A stretch of 40,240 nt of DNA from Campylobacterales bacterium. Lineage in GTDB: Bacteria > Campylobacterota > Campylobacteria > Campylobacterales > Sulfurovaceae. Positions 27,122 through 36,756 of the stretch are shown here, piece by piece. Location of the stretch: NCBI GenBank assembly GCA_963583215.1, contig CAUZVG010000001.1, positions 1 to 40,240 of the forward strand, written 5' to 3'. The stretch's first letter is position 1. Each line of letters starts with the position of its first letter. The translations under genes were made by a program, and so were the position numbers. The notes beneath the pieces were generated by a model that had not been told where the DNA came from, made no database searches, and saw only the letters and a program-made list of their open reading frames with translations.

Positions 27122-28280
27122 AACGCTTAAACCCTTCATCTATTTCATTTTTAGAGATGGTAATACTTGGTAAAAAACGTACCGTATTCCGTCCTGCTTT
27201 TAAGACAATCAAACCCTCTAACATCGATTTTTCTATAATCCCAGCTTGAATCTCTGCACTTTTAGCACGCAATCCTCTCATGAGTCCTAAGCCTACTTCT
27301 TTTTCAAAAAGGTTTCCATGTTGTGCAACTACATCTTTGAGTTTTTGAGAAAAATACAACAAAGTTTCATCGATGCTACCTGCATCATACAAAGATTTGA
27401 GTACATCAAGTACAGCATTTCCAGCAGCACAAGACAAGTAGTTTCCACCAAAAGTACTGCCATGTTCTCCTGGTACCAAAATTTCTTTATGCTTGGTCAT
27501 GACTGCACCTATAGGCACCCCACCCCCTAAACCTTTAGCCAGAGTAATGATGTCTGGTTCAATCTCATACAAATTAGAAGCTAAAAACTCACCTGTTCTG
27601 TACACACCTGTTTGCACCTCATCCACGATAAGTAAGATCTTTTGACTTTTCAAATGCGCTGCAAGTTTTTGTATCTCTTCTTTCTCAAAAGGTTGGACAC
27701 CACCCTCACCCTGTACAAGCTCTATAAGCACTGCGACTGTTTCATCATCTATCGCTTTATAGACATCTTCTATAGATTTCTCATAAGAAAAACCATCCGG
27801 GTACGGTGAAAAGTTTGGTGTATGAAAACTCTCTTGCCCTGTGGCTTTCACTGTAGTAATCGTACGTCCGTGAAATGAATGTTCAAGTGTGATAACCTTA
27901 TAACGCTTATTATCAAACTTCGTCTCGCCATACTTACGTGCTATTTTTATAGCCCCCTCATTTGCCTCTGCTCCTGAGTTTGCAAAAAATATACCCATAT
28001 CATAACCACTTAACTCTACTATCTTCTGCGCAAGTTTCGCCTGTGGCTCTATCACCTGCAAGTTTGAAATATGAATGATTTTTTGCGCCTGTTCAGAGAT
28101 GGCCTTTACCAACACATCATTACTGTGTCCAACAGAGTTAACCCCGATTCCTGATGCAAAATCTATATAGTCTTTTCCATTTTCATCATAGAGTGTTGAA
28201 CCCACACCTTTTACAAAGTTTGTATAGTTACGTGCGTATGTCTGCAATACATATTGTTTATCTTGTTGTTCTAAAGTCAT
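27096..28280 (-). CDS. argD: Acetylornithine aminotransferase
   Basis: DFASGIGVNSVGH, NSGAEANEGAIK, SFHGRT, VQGEGG, DEVQTG..RTG, LAKGLGGG, HGSTFGGN. Start is either 28280 or 28292. Confidence 0.92.
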   Translation of the reverse strand: MTLEQQDKQYVLQTYARNYTNFVKGVGSTLYDENGKDYIDFASGIGVNSVGHSNDVLVKAISEQAQKIIHISNLQVIEPQAKLAQKIVELSGYDMGIFFANSGAEANEGAIKIARKYGETKFDNKRYKVITLEHSFHGRTITTVKATGQESFHTPNFSPYPDGFSYEKSIEDVYKAIDDETVAVLIELVQGEGGVQPFEKEEIQKLAAHLKSQKILLIVDEVQTGVYRTGEFLASNLYEIEPDIITLAKGLGGGVPIGAVMTKHKEILVPGEHGSTFGGNYLSCAAGNAVLDVLKSLYDAGSIDETLLYFSQKLKDVVAQHGNLFEKEVGLGLMRGLRAKSAEIQAGIIEKSMLEGLIVLKAGRNTVRFLPSITISKNEIDEGFKRFEKVISSL

Positions 28281-28427
28281 ATTTGTTTCCATTTTAATTT
28301 ATTGGTATTATTATAGCAAAGTGTTATTATGCTAAGCATCAAAGCTAGAAGTTTCATAGAATATTAAGTTCCCTTTACACATAGACTACCTAAATGGATG
28401 GTATGATGATCATAACAAAGGTAAGCC

Positions 28428-29378
28428 ATGAAACATCTGCATAGAGTAGCAAAAAAATTCAAGATGAGTTCTGTATTAATGGGCATAATGATCTCAGTAG
28501 TTATTTTATTATTAGGATCTACTTCAGCTGAAGCATCACACAAGTTGAACGTAGTAGCCAAATCAGACCAACTTCCTGTAAAAGATTCACTGATCGTGGC
28601 CTATTATGGTCGTCCCGGAGTTAGATCTCTGGGGATTCTCGGGCAATATCCACTTCAAAAGATCATCCCAATGATCAAAGCTAAAGCCGCAGAATATCAA
28701 AAACTCCTTCCCAAGCAAACCGTTATTCCAGGATTTAATATCATATATGGTTTGGCGACGAGGGAGCCAGGAGCGAACAAAGATTATATTCTTCATTTAT
28801 CAAGTAAAAAATTGATGCAATACATCCATGCAGCAAATCAACATGGTTTTGCCGTTTTTATAGATCTACAATTAGGAAAAAGAACGCCACTCCAAGCAGT
28901 GCAACCCGTGCTTAAGTATCTTAAATATGACAATGTACATATATCACTTGATCCAGAGTTTCAAGTGTATGGCTTAAATATTCGTCCGGGTAAGGTCATC
29001 GGTCATATCACAGGTCGGGACATCAATCAAGTACAAGCTGCCATGAGTGCTTATTTGGAAAAGAATGGTATTAGAGAAAAAAAGATCCTTCTTATACATA
29101 TGTTTACATCACGTATGATAAGAGAGAGTACCCCCATTAAGAATTATGAAAAGATCAAATTGGTCGTGAATTTAGATGGAGATGGATCTCCAGAATTAAA
29201 AGTAAAGATATACAACAGTCTCTATACAAAAATTTCTGCAAGTAAAATTGCCGCAGGGTTTAAAGTCTTTTTTAAAGTTGACAAACCTAGGATCATGACA
29301 CCTAAACAAATCTTAGGCATAGATCCTGTCAGAAATAACAGAATCAAACAAGCGCCTAAGTATATCAATTATCAATAA
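28428..29378 (+). CDS. Secreted hypothetical protein (possible TIM-barrel/GH-like fold)
   Basis: Signal-like N-terminus; IVAYYG...LG.LG, FIDLQ.G, HISLDPEF, LDGDG.PELK. The fold call is inference only. Confidence 0.7.
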   Translation: MKHLHRVAKKFKMSSVLMGIMISVVILLLGSTSAEASHKLNVVAKSDQLPVKDSLIVAYYGRPGVRSLGILGQYPLQKIIPMIKAKAAEYQKLLPKQTVIPGFNIIYGLATREPGANKDYILHLSSKKLMQYIHAANQHGFAVFIDLQLGKRTPLQAVQPVLKYLKYDNVHISLDPEFQVYGLNIRPGKVIGHITGRDINQVQAAMSAYLEKNGIREKKILLIHMFTSRMIRESTPIKNYEKIKLVVNLDGDGSPELKVKIYNSLYTKISASKIAAGFKVFFKVDKPRIMTPKQILGIDPVRNNRIKQAPKYINYQ

Positions 29379-29401
29379 ATAAAAATCTTAAAGGGGTAGC
29401 A

Positions 29402-30568
29402 ATGCTAGGTTTTATTAAAATCATCATAAAAACTACTTTGTCAGCCTTACTTTTTTCATCTGCACTTCTTTCAGGGAAAGTCATCCCTGCAGCAGAGCAA
29501 ACAGCTCTGTACCTTCCTCTACTTAAAAATAAAAACGTGGCAGTGGTCGTAAACCACTCTTCAATGTTGGGAGAAAGACATCTGATTGATGTACTTTTAA
29601 GCCATGGCATTAAAGTCAAAAAGATCTTTGCACCAGAACATGGTTTTCGAGGAAAAGCAGATGCAGGGGCACACATTAAGAACAGTGTTGACAATAAAAC
29701 GGCGCTTCCTATCATCTCCCTCTATGGCAAACATAAAAAACCAACAAAAAAAGATTTACAAGGTATTGACCTCATACTCTTTGACATACAAGATGTGGGT
29801 GTACGATTTTACACCTATCTTTCCACCTTGCACTACATCATGGAAGCAGGTGCAGAACAAAACATCCCTCTTCTTCTTTTAGACAGACCCAATCCCAATG
29901 GCCAATACATTGATGGTCCCGTCTTAGAGAAAAAACATCGCTCTTTTGTGGGGCTTCATCCTGTACCTGTGGTGTATGGTATGACCATCGGTGAATATGC
30001 ACAAATGATTAATGGTGAAAAATGGCTCAAAAATAGTGTACAGGTAGAACTAAAAGTCATCAAAGTAAAAAACTATAGACACCAGAGTCATTATGCCTTA
30101 ACTATCAAACCTTCCCCCAATCTTCCTACAGACCAAGCTATAACCCTCTACCCCTCTTTGGCATTTTTTGAAGGTACTGTCATTTCAGCAGGACGCGGTA
30201 CCAACAAACCTTTTGAACTTTATGGTGCACCTAGTTACGCAGACAAAACATTTTCTTTTGTACCAAAATCTAAAGTAGGTGCCAAACATCCCAAATTTAT
30301 AAACCAACGTTGTTATGGTGTAGACTTGAGTCGAAGTAGATTTAACAAAAAAAGGTTTACCCTTGCCTATCTTCAAGATGCGTATGCTAAATATCCAGAC
30401 AAAAAAAACTTCTTTCTCAAAAATAACTTTTTTGATGCACTGTCAGGCAATAGCCAACTACGTAAACAAATAAAAGCAGGTCTATCTGAAAAACAGATAC
30501 GTAAAAGTTGGCAAAAAAATCTTAATACCTTTAAGCAAATACGTAAAAAGTATCTAATTTACCCTTAG
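29402..30568 (+). CDS. namZ: Exo-beta-N-acetylmuramidase NamZ (DUF1343/GH171)
   Basis: FAPEHGFRG, SLYG, FDIQDVGVRFYTY, DRPNP, GMTIGE, PSPNLP, GRGT..PF, C-terminal RKKYLIY. Confidence 0.9.
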   Translation: MLGFIKIIIKTTLSALLFSSALLSGKVIPAAEQTALYLPLLKNKNVAVVVNHSSMLGERHLIDVLLSHGIKVKKIFAPEHGFRGKADAGAHIKNSVDNKTALPIISLYGKHKKPTKKDLQGIDLILFDIQDVGVRFYTYLSTLHYIMEAGAEQNIPLLLLDRPNPNGQYIDGPVLEKKHRSFVGLHPVPVVYGMTIGEYAQMINGEKWLKNSVQVELKVIKVKNYRHQSHYALTIKPSPNLPTDQAITLYPSLAFFEGTVISAGRGTNKPFELYGAPSYADKTFSFVPKSKVGAKHPKFINQRCYGVDLSRSRFNKKRFTLAYLQDAYAKYPDKKNFFLKNNFFDALSGNSQLRKQIKAGLSEKQIRKSWQKNLNTFKQIRKKYLIYP

Positions 30569-32184
30569 CGTTTTGGGATAGCTTTTCGGTAAGCAACACC
30601 TTGTACTTGTAAACGCTTAAGACCTAAACCAAAAGCACGAGAGTGAAAGTCTTTCCAGTCACGATTTTTTTGCTTTGTCCATGCAAGTTCAGCCAAAGCC
30701 AAAGCCCTAGGCCAAGTCATGTAGTCGGCTATCTTTTCACTTAACAAAGTCTCAGACCAAAGACAAGCTTCTACACCTTTGACATAAGAAGAATTGCTGG
30801 GGTTAAAACTATAGGTTTTATGTGTATTCACAGGGCTTGACCAAGTATGTCCTAACTCATTTTTCCCTTTGCTATAACGCTGGTCAAAATACAGATACTG
30901 CACCGGTGCGAGTATGGTATAAGATTTTTGTTTGAGCAGTTTTTTGGCATCTTTATTACTTTTCCAAACTATAAACAGAGACTTTTTTCTAAGGTGCTTA
31001 CTATACTTCCCTACCTCTTGCCAACTTAACATTGTACGCTGATGTTTGGTAAGTATTTTGTCTAAACGTGTGAAAAAGTAGCCCTGAACTTCTTTTAGAT
31101 TTTTTAACCTTTTTTGAACCATCAACTTTTTGACTGAGGGGGAGTGTTTCCATGCCCCTTTTGGGATTTCATCACCCCCTACATGAATATACTCAAAAGG
31201 AAAGAGTGCTGCCACTTCAGCAAATACATTGTCAAGAAAAATGTAGCTACTCTCTTGTGCCGGGTTTAGGGTATTGTTCTTTATTTTTTGTACAGAGATA
31301 TAAGCACTTTTATCGTAAGGGTCTGTCAAAAGTCTTGGGTAGGCTATTAACGCTGCTTTGGCATGCCCTGGTGTGTCAATTTCTGGGATAATCTCCACAG
31401 AACGTACTTTGGCATAAGCAACAATCTCCCTAATCTCTTTTTGAGAGTAGTACCCTGATTGGACTTTGTCTTTAGGGCCACGCATAGCAGGGAAAAGAGA
31501 AAAAGGCAAAGTAGTACCTGGCCCACGTTTTGAAGAAACAGACGTTAATTTTGGGTACTTTTTGATTTCTATTCGCCACGCTTCATCATCTGTCAAATGC
31601 CAGTGAAAACGGTTGAGTTTATGTTGCGCCATACGGTCTATAAATTTCTTGACATAGTCCACCGAAAAAAAGTTTCTTGCAGAGTCTAACATCATGCCTC
31701 TCCATTTAAAACGAGGGTAATCTTCTACCTTACACACAGGAAGAGACCAAGACATTTTACGCTGTTTCACCCTAGACCAAATGGCAGGGTCCATCAACTG
31801 CAGTAAAGTGACAGTAGCATAAAAAAACCCTGCTTGATCTCTGGCTTCTATGCGAATCTTATCTTTACTTATGTGTAAGCTATAAGCTTCAGACTTTTGC
31901 ACTTTTTTTGGGTTAAAATGAAAGTCAATTTTTTTTGAATGTCTAGATTTTTTTCTTTGCAGTGTATAGCTAGCACTCTGTTGTAAATGTGCTTGTAAGT
32001 AGTCTATGGCTGCAAAAGCTTTTTTACTGTCGGTGACAATATTTGTTTTTTCATTTAAAAGGAAAAAACCTTTCCCCGATGTAAATTTTTGAGGTTTAGG
32101 AATGAGTGCTGGTGTTTGGGCAAAAAGGAAAAGAGGTAAAAAGAACAAACATAGATACAAAAATCTTTTTGTACTTTTTTGCAC
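30565..32184 (-). CDS. GH20 beta-N-acetylhexosaminidase, secreted
   Basis: Signal peptide; DYPRFKWRGMMLDSARNF, FHWHLTDD, PEIDTPGH, HVGGDE, YLYFD, CLWSE, WPR..ALAE..W. Confidence 0.94.
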   Translation of the reverse strand: MQKSTKRFLYLCLFFLPLFLFAQTPALIPKPQKFTSGKGFFLLNEKTNIVTDSKKAFAAIDYLQAHLQQSASYTLQRKKSRHSKKIDFHFNPKKVQKSEAYSLHISKDKIRIEARDQAGFFYATVTLLQLMDPAIWSRVKQRKMSWSLPVCKVEDYPRFKWRGMMLDSARNFFSVDYVKKFIDRMAQHKLNRFHWHLTDDEAWRIEIKKYPKLTSVSSKRGPGTTLPFSLFPAMRGPKDKVQSGYYSQKEIREIVAYAKVRSVEIIPEIDTPGHAKAALIAYPRLLTDPYDKSAYISVQKIKNNTLNPAQESSYIFLDNVFAEVAALFPFEYIHVGGDEIPKGAWKHSPSVKKLMVQKRLKNLKEVQGYFFTRLDKILTKHQRTMLSWQEVGKYSKHLRKKSLFIVWKSNKDAKKLLKQKSYTILAPVQYLYFDQRYSKGKNELGHTWSSPVNTHKTYSFNPSNSSYVKGVEACLWSETLLSEKIADYMTWPRALALAELAWTKQKNRDWKDFHSRAFGLGLKRLQVQGVAYRKAIPKR

Positions 32185-32186
32185 TA

Positions 32187-32906
32187 TTACTTTATCTCTA
32201 CTTTTAGAAGTTTAGAAAAAGTGCCTTGGGGTGCAGCGATGTAAATCTCAGCCCTGTAAGAAGAGATAAACTTTTCATCTGCTACTTTCCAGATTTTATT
32301 GACTTTATACTCTGTTTTTTTACCATCTAAATAAACTGATTTTTTCTCTATATTTTCTAAAGTCTCTGCGTCTAAAAAAAGTACCAACTTAGCTCTACTT
32401 GTATCAACTAACCTTGCTAAAGGAGATCCTGGAGCGACATAATCTCCCTTACGTACAATAATCTCATACAGATACATATGATTAAGGACAATGGATTTTT
32501 TTTCAATACTGTCTTCAAGCTGAGCAATCTTATACTGCATATCCAAATACTGGGTTTTTGTAGAAGCAAAACTGTAATAAGCATTGTCTTTTTGGTTTGT
32601 AGATGCTGTTTTCAACTTATCTATACGTTGAAAATATGACTCTTGCCGTTTTAAAGTTTCATGAAGTGTAAGCAGATTTTCATTTGATGTTCTCAAGTTA
32701 ATTTTATCTAAACGGTCATCCAAATAGATAATACGTTTTTGATCCACTAGACTTCCTTCCGCTTCAAGATCTACATCCGTTACCAAAGCACTAACTGCAG
32801 ACTTTAAAATCACAGATTCATAAGGTTCAACTTTAGCATAATGTACTTTTGCCAATAAAAGAGAAGAGTAACATACGAGCAGCATAAAAAGTGAAGAGAG
32901 TTTCAT
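32187..32906 (-). CDS. Short periplasmic adaptor (HlyD/MFP-like)
   Basis: Signal peptide, split lipoyl halves around a coiled coil (VRKGDYVAPGSPL). The track's first ATG overlaps TATAAT, so the second ATG (32906) was used. Confidence 0.72.
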   Translation of the reverse strand: MKLSSLFMLLVCYSSLLLAKVHYAKVEPYESVILKSAVSALVTDVDLEAEGSLVDQKRIIYLDDRLDKINLRTSNENLLTLHETLKRQESYFQRIDKLKTASTNQKDNAYYSFASTKTQYLDMQYKIAQLEDSIEKKSIVLNHMYLYEIIVRKGDYVAPGSPLARLVDTSRAKLVLFLDAETLENIEKKSVYLDGKKTEYKVNKIWKVADEKFISSYRAEIYIAAPQGTFSKLLKVEIK

Positions 32907-33013
32907 AGTAATTCTTTTTTTATTCATTATAGCGTAATGCTGTTAAGGTTTTTAGAATGGGAGGTGTAAAAGAAGTGATATTTGTAAATTATACAGAGAG
33001 TAAAGAAGTACAA

Positions 33014-33078
33014 GGCGAAGTACCCAAAGGTACTTGCCAAGCACACTATTTTCTACCCATCATAAGAGGGGCAGAGAA
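33014..33078 (-). terminator. Two hairpins downstream of the OMP gene
   Basis: GGCGAAGTACC-CAAA-GGTACTTGCC, plus a second stem with G-U pairs on the minus strand. Confidence 0.55.
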
Positions 33079-33081
33079 AGA

Positions 33082-33750
33082 TTAAAATGTGTAAGTTACA
33101 CCGAAGTTAACAGAATCGATTGAATGATCAATGTTGCTATCAATACCAGCAACAGATATATAATCGTTATCATCATCATAAAGTACTACGTAGTCTAAGA
33201 ATACAGACCAGTTTTCACCGAATGCGTAATCTGCACCAATACCCCAAGAGAAGCCATCAACATTCCCAGCATCATTATATGGGGTATATACTCCACCACC
33301 AATATTTAATGTGTAATCAACAGATGTATCCGCATAACCAAGAAGACCATAAATAGTAAATTCTTCAGTTACTGGGTACATTGGTTTAACATAAATTCCC
33401 CAAGAATCAAGTTCGATGTTAGCATTTTGAGTATTGAAAATTTCATCTTCATCAAGACCAATCCAGTATCTACCCTCGATTGCTACATAGTCGTTAAACT
33501 TGTAACCAGCTTGAAGCATGATTGAACCATAATCAACATCGTCACTTGTAGCAAAACTACCGTCTGCAAAAAATGATGTATTTTCACTTTCTAGTGTTTG
33601 CCAACCGTACGCAAGACCTAGGTAAAATGCACCTGTTGATTCTTCAACAATTGGCTCTACTACTGGCTCTACAGGAGCGATGTCTCCACCTGCAATTGCA
33701 AGCGTACTCATTGCTGCAATTAATGCAGCTGATAATGTAATTTTTTTCAT
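33082..33750 (-). CDS. Outer-membrane beta-barrel (porin/OmpA-TM-like) protein
   Basis: Signal peptide (..AGGDIAP), amphipathic strands (AGYKFNDYVAIEGRY, WGIYVKPMYPV), C-terminal FGVTYTF. Confidence 0.88.
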   Translation of the reverse strand: MKKITLSAALIAAMSTLAIAGGDIAPVEPVVEPIVEESTGAFYLGLAYGWQTLESENTSFFADGSFATSDDVDYGSIMLQAGYKFNDYVAIEGRYWIGLDEDEIFNTQNANIELDSWGIYVKPMYPVTEEFTIYGLLGYADTSVDYTLNIGGGVYTPYNDAGNVDGFSWGIGADYAFGENWSVFLDYVVLYDDDNDYISVAGIDSNIDHSIDSVNFGVTYTF

Positions 33751-33909
33751 AACGTTTCCTTTTTTGTTTGTAATAGTTACAGTTAAAAGTCTAACATACT
33801 AAATCTTAAATAAACATAAATTATAATAATACATTATGTATAGTTTAATAATTAATTTATTTAAACGTCAATCATAGATTATTTAAGATTCTGTAGAATG
33901 AAAGAATTA

Positions 33910-34259
33910 AGGTGCAACGATAAGCCGGGTTTTGTCGTGGGTAGTTATTTATCTAGGCCTGTTGTTGCCAACAGGCTCAAGCGAAGTATGTGTGCTGAGT
34001 AAACAGCTTGTGAGACTTATACCATATACTTCTTGCTGCGGACAGGGTTTACCTGGCTACCTATGTTACCATAAGTACCGGTGGGCTCTTACCCCACCCT
34101 TTCACATTGACCATATATCAAAGATATATGGACTACTTTCTCTCTGTTGCACTTGCCCTCAGATTACTCTGGCCATCCGTTAGATGGAGTCCTGTCTCAC
34201 GTGCAGCCCGGACTTTCCTCTCGTGACAAAGATGTCACCAGCAACTACCTGTTGCACCT
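33910..34259 (-). ncRNA. rnpB: RNase P RNA (type A)
   Basis: Minus strand has GAGGAAAGTCCGGGCT near the 5' end, AGTGCAACAG, and ACAAAACCCGGCTTAT near the 3' end; termini pair (AGGTGCAAC/GTTGCACCT). Confidence 0.97.
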
Positions 34260-34266
34260 AAACAGA

Positions 34267-34275
34267 ATTATAGCA
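34267..34275 (-). promoter_or_regulatory. rnpB extended -10 (TGCTATAAT)
   Basis: 7 nt upstream of the P1 5' end. Confidence 0.8.
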
Positions 34276-34283
34276 GAATAGAA

Positions 34284-34332
34284 TTAGAAATTAGAAATTA
34301 GAAATTAGAAATTAGAAATTAGAAATTAGAAA
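34284..34332. repeat. Heptamer tandem repeat (TTAGAAA)7
   Basis: Seven perfect units counted directly. Confidence 0.95.
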
Positions 34333-34490
34333 TTTTTACAAACGTAATCTTTTAGTTTGCTTTAGGTTTGGTCTGAGGGAGTGTGTGTAGAGAGGGATCT
34401 TTTATTCTTCTTGAAATAGATAAAGATTTTTGATTAGTTGTGCTTAGGTTTGAAAGTTTGGGTAAGAGAGTTTACGTCAAGTAAATGACC

Positions 34491-34515
34491 GCACCCATCT
34501 TTTAAAGATGAGCGC
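34491..34515 (-). terminator. Hairpin after sucD
   Basis: Minus strand GCGCTCATCT-TTAAA-AGATGGGTGC with G-U pairs. Confidence 0.6.
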
Positions 34516-34539
34516 AAATAATCAGAAAGATTATCTATT

Positions 34540-35409
34540 TTAGGCCATTACTTCTTTAACAGCTTTACCAATTTCTGCTGGTGAAACAACAACTTTTACA
34601 CCTGCTGCTTCTAGTGCATCCATTTTTTCTTTAGCTGTACCTGCAGAACCAGAAATGATAGCCCCTGCGTGACCCATTCTTTTACCTGCTGGTGCAGTTT
34701 GACCTGCGATGAAAGCAACCACTGGTTTAGTGATGTTTTCTTTAATGTAACGTGCGGCTTGAATTTCAAGATCTCCACCAATTTCACCGATCATTACAAT
34801 CGCTTCAGTCTCTTCATCGTCTTGGAACATTTGAAGCAGTTGGATATAAGAAAGACCAATAATTGGGTCTCCACCAATACCAACTGCTGTTGAAATACCA
34901 AAACCTTCCTTACATACTTGGTTTGCACCTTCATAAGTAAGTGTACCAGACTTAGAGATAAGTCCAACATTACCTTTTTTGAAAATCATACCTGGCATAA
35001 TTCCAATTTTACACTCTTCAGCAGTAATCACACCTGGACAGTTTGGTCCAATTGTCATCATGCCATTTTTAACTGCACATGCTTTTGCTGCTTGCATGTC
35101 ACGAACCGGTGCGCCTTCAGTAATGATGACTGCCAATTCAATTCCTGCTGCTGCTGCTTCCATTACTGCGTCAGCAACAAATGCTGGTGGAACAAAAATC
35201 ATAGAAACGGTAGCGCCTGTAGTTTTCACTGCTTCTGCCACTGTGTTAAATACAGGTTTATTGAGGTGAACTTGACCACCTTTACCTGGTGTCACACCAC
35301 CTACGATTTTTGTACCATAATCCATACACTGTTCAGCGTGGAAAGAACCTTCTTTCCCTGTGAAACCTTGAACAATTACTTTAGTATCTTTGTTTACTAG
35401 AATACTCAT
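34540..35409 (-). CDS. sucD: Succinyl-CoA synthetase alpha subunit
   Basis: [36 protein letters not shown]. Confidence 0.97.
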   Translation of the reverse strand: MSILVNKDTKVIVQGFTGKEGSFHAEQCMDYGTKIVGGVTPGKGGQVHLNKPVFNTVAEAVKTTGATVSMIFVPPAFVADAVMEAAAAGIELAVIITEGAPVRDMQAAKACAVKNGMMTIGPNCPGVITAEECKIGIMPGMIFKKGNVGLISKSGTLTYEGANQVCKEGFGISTAVGIGGDPIIGLSYIQLLQMFQDDEETEAIVMIGEIGGDLEIQAARYIKENITKPVVAFIAGQTAPAGKRMGHAGAIISGSAGTAKEKMDALEAAGVKVVVSPAEIGKAVKEVMA

Positions 35410-36584
35410 TATTTTTCTCCTTTTGCAGCTGCTACAGCTTTTGCTGCACCATCACCTAAATCATCACCAACAATAAGGTTAGCAATATTTGCATTTTTCA
35501 AAATCTCTGCTGCTTCTGGAGCATTTGTACCATCAAGTCTTACAATAACAGGTACATTTACATCTGTAATTTTAGTCGCTTCAATAATACCATTTGCAAT
35601 TCTGTCACATCTAACAATTCCACCAAAGATGTTTACAAAAATTGCTTTTACTTTAGGGTTTTTAAGAATGATTTCAAAACCTTTTGCCACTGTCTCAGCA
35701 TTTGCTGAACCACCAACATCTAGGAAGTTTGCAGGTGTTCCACCCATGTAGTTAATTGTATCCATCGTACCCATTGCAAGTCCTGCACCGTTTACCATAC
35801 AACCAATTTCACCATCAAGCGCAATGTAAGAAAGACCATACTGAGATGCTTCTCTTTCATCTGGATCTTCTTCAGAAATGTCTCTCATATCTTCAATGTC
35901 TGGGTGACGTCCAAGTGCAGAGTCATCAAAGGCCATTTTTCCATCAAGTGCCATGAAGTCACCTTCAGTAGTTTTGATAAGTGGGTTAATTTCGATCATT
36001 TCAGCATCATTTTCCATGTAAAGTTTGTACACTTTAGCAGCAAAATCAATCATTTTCTTTTGCTCTGCTTTGTCTGTGATACCAAGACCAAATACAAGCT
36101 CTCTACCGTGGTAACCTTGGAAACCAAATGCAGGATCAATTGCTATTCTGATGATTTTTTCTGGTGTCTCTTCAGCCACAGTTTCAATGTCCATACCACC
36201 TTCAGTTGAAGCCATGATAATTGGCATTTCAGCTGCTCTGTCAAGAACGACAGAAAGGTAAAGCTCATCTTGAATGTTTGCACCCTCTTCGATGTATACT
36301 TTTTGAACCAATTTACCTTCAGGTCCAGTTTGGTGTGTTACCAAAGTCATACCTAAAATTTCAGTAGCAAGTTCTCTTACTTCATCAATAGACTTAGCAA
36401 GTTTAACACCACCACCTAGTCCTCTACCACCTGCGTGGATCTGTGCTTTTACTACCCAAATTTTTCCACCTAGCTCTTGTGCATTTGTTACAGCCTGGTC
36501 AGGTGTGTTAGCAATAATACCTCTAGGTGTTGGAACACCATACTTTTGGAATATTTGTTTCGCTTGATACTCATGAATATTCAC
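35409..36584 (-). CDS. sucC: Succinyl-CoA synthetase beta subunit
   Basis: [47 protein letters not shown]. Confidence 0.97.
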   Translation of the reverse strand: MNIHEYQAKQIFQKYGVPTPRGIIANTPDQAVTNAQELGGKIWVVKAQIHAGGRGLGGGVKLAKSIDEVRELATEILGMTLVTHQTGPEGKLVQKVYIEEGANIQDELYLSVVLDRAAEMPIIMASTEGGMDIETVAEETPEKIIRIAIDPAFGFQGYHGRELVFGLGITDKAEQKKMIDFAAKVYKLYMENDAEMIEINPLIKTTEGDFMALDGKMAFDDSALGRHPDIEDMRDISEEDPDEREASQYGLSYIALDGEIGCMVNGAGLAMGTMDTINYMGGTPANFLDVGGSANAETVAKGFEIILKNPKVKAIFVNIFGGIVRCDRIANGIIEATKITDVNVPVIVRLDGTNAPEAAEILKNANIANLIVGDDLGDGAAKAVAAAKGEK

Positions 36585-36673
36585 GTGTACTCCTTTTTAT
36601 ATAATGCGCTTATTATACTGTTTTAGATAATAAAATATGATTAATTAAAAAGGTTTTAGGGGAGTTTTAGGTC

Positions 36674-36701
36674 TATGTGCTGTGTATCTACACAGCACAT
36701 A
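36674..36701. terminator. 13-bp perfect inverted repeat after fumC
   Basis: TATGTGCTGTGTA-TC-TACACAGCACATA. Confidence 0.6.
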
Positions 36702-36756
36702 AGGAGGAAAGTCATTTTAAATGATTTAGATCTTCGTTTTTCTCATATACTGACAA

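Noticed and set aside
27096-27139. 44-nt argD/tolC overlap as something unusual
   Set aside because: A TTG start at 27121 gives a better signal peptide and an ordinary 26-nt overlap.
34350-34455. Imperfect direct repeat TTAGTTTGCTTTAGGTTTG / TTAGTTGTGCTTAGGTTTG
   Set aside because: Low complexity, two copies and several mismatches; not distinguishable from chance.
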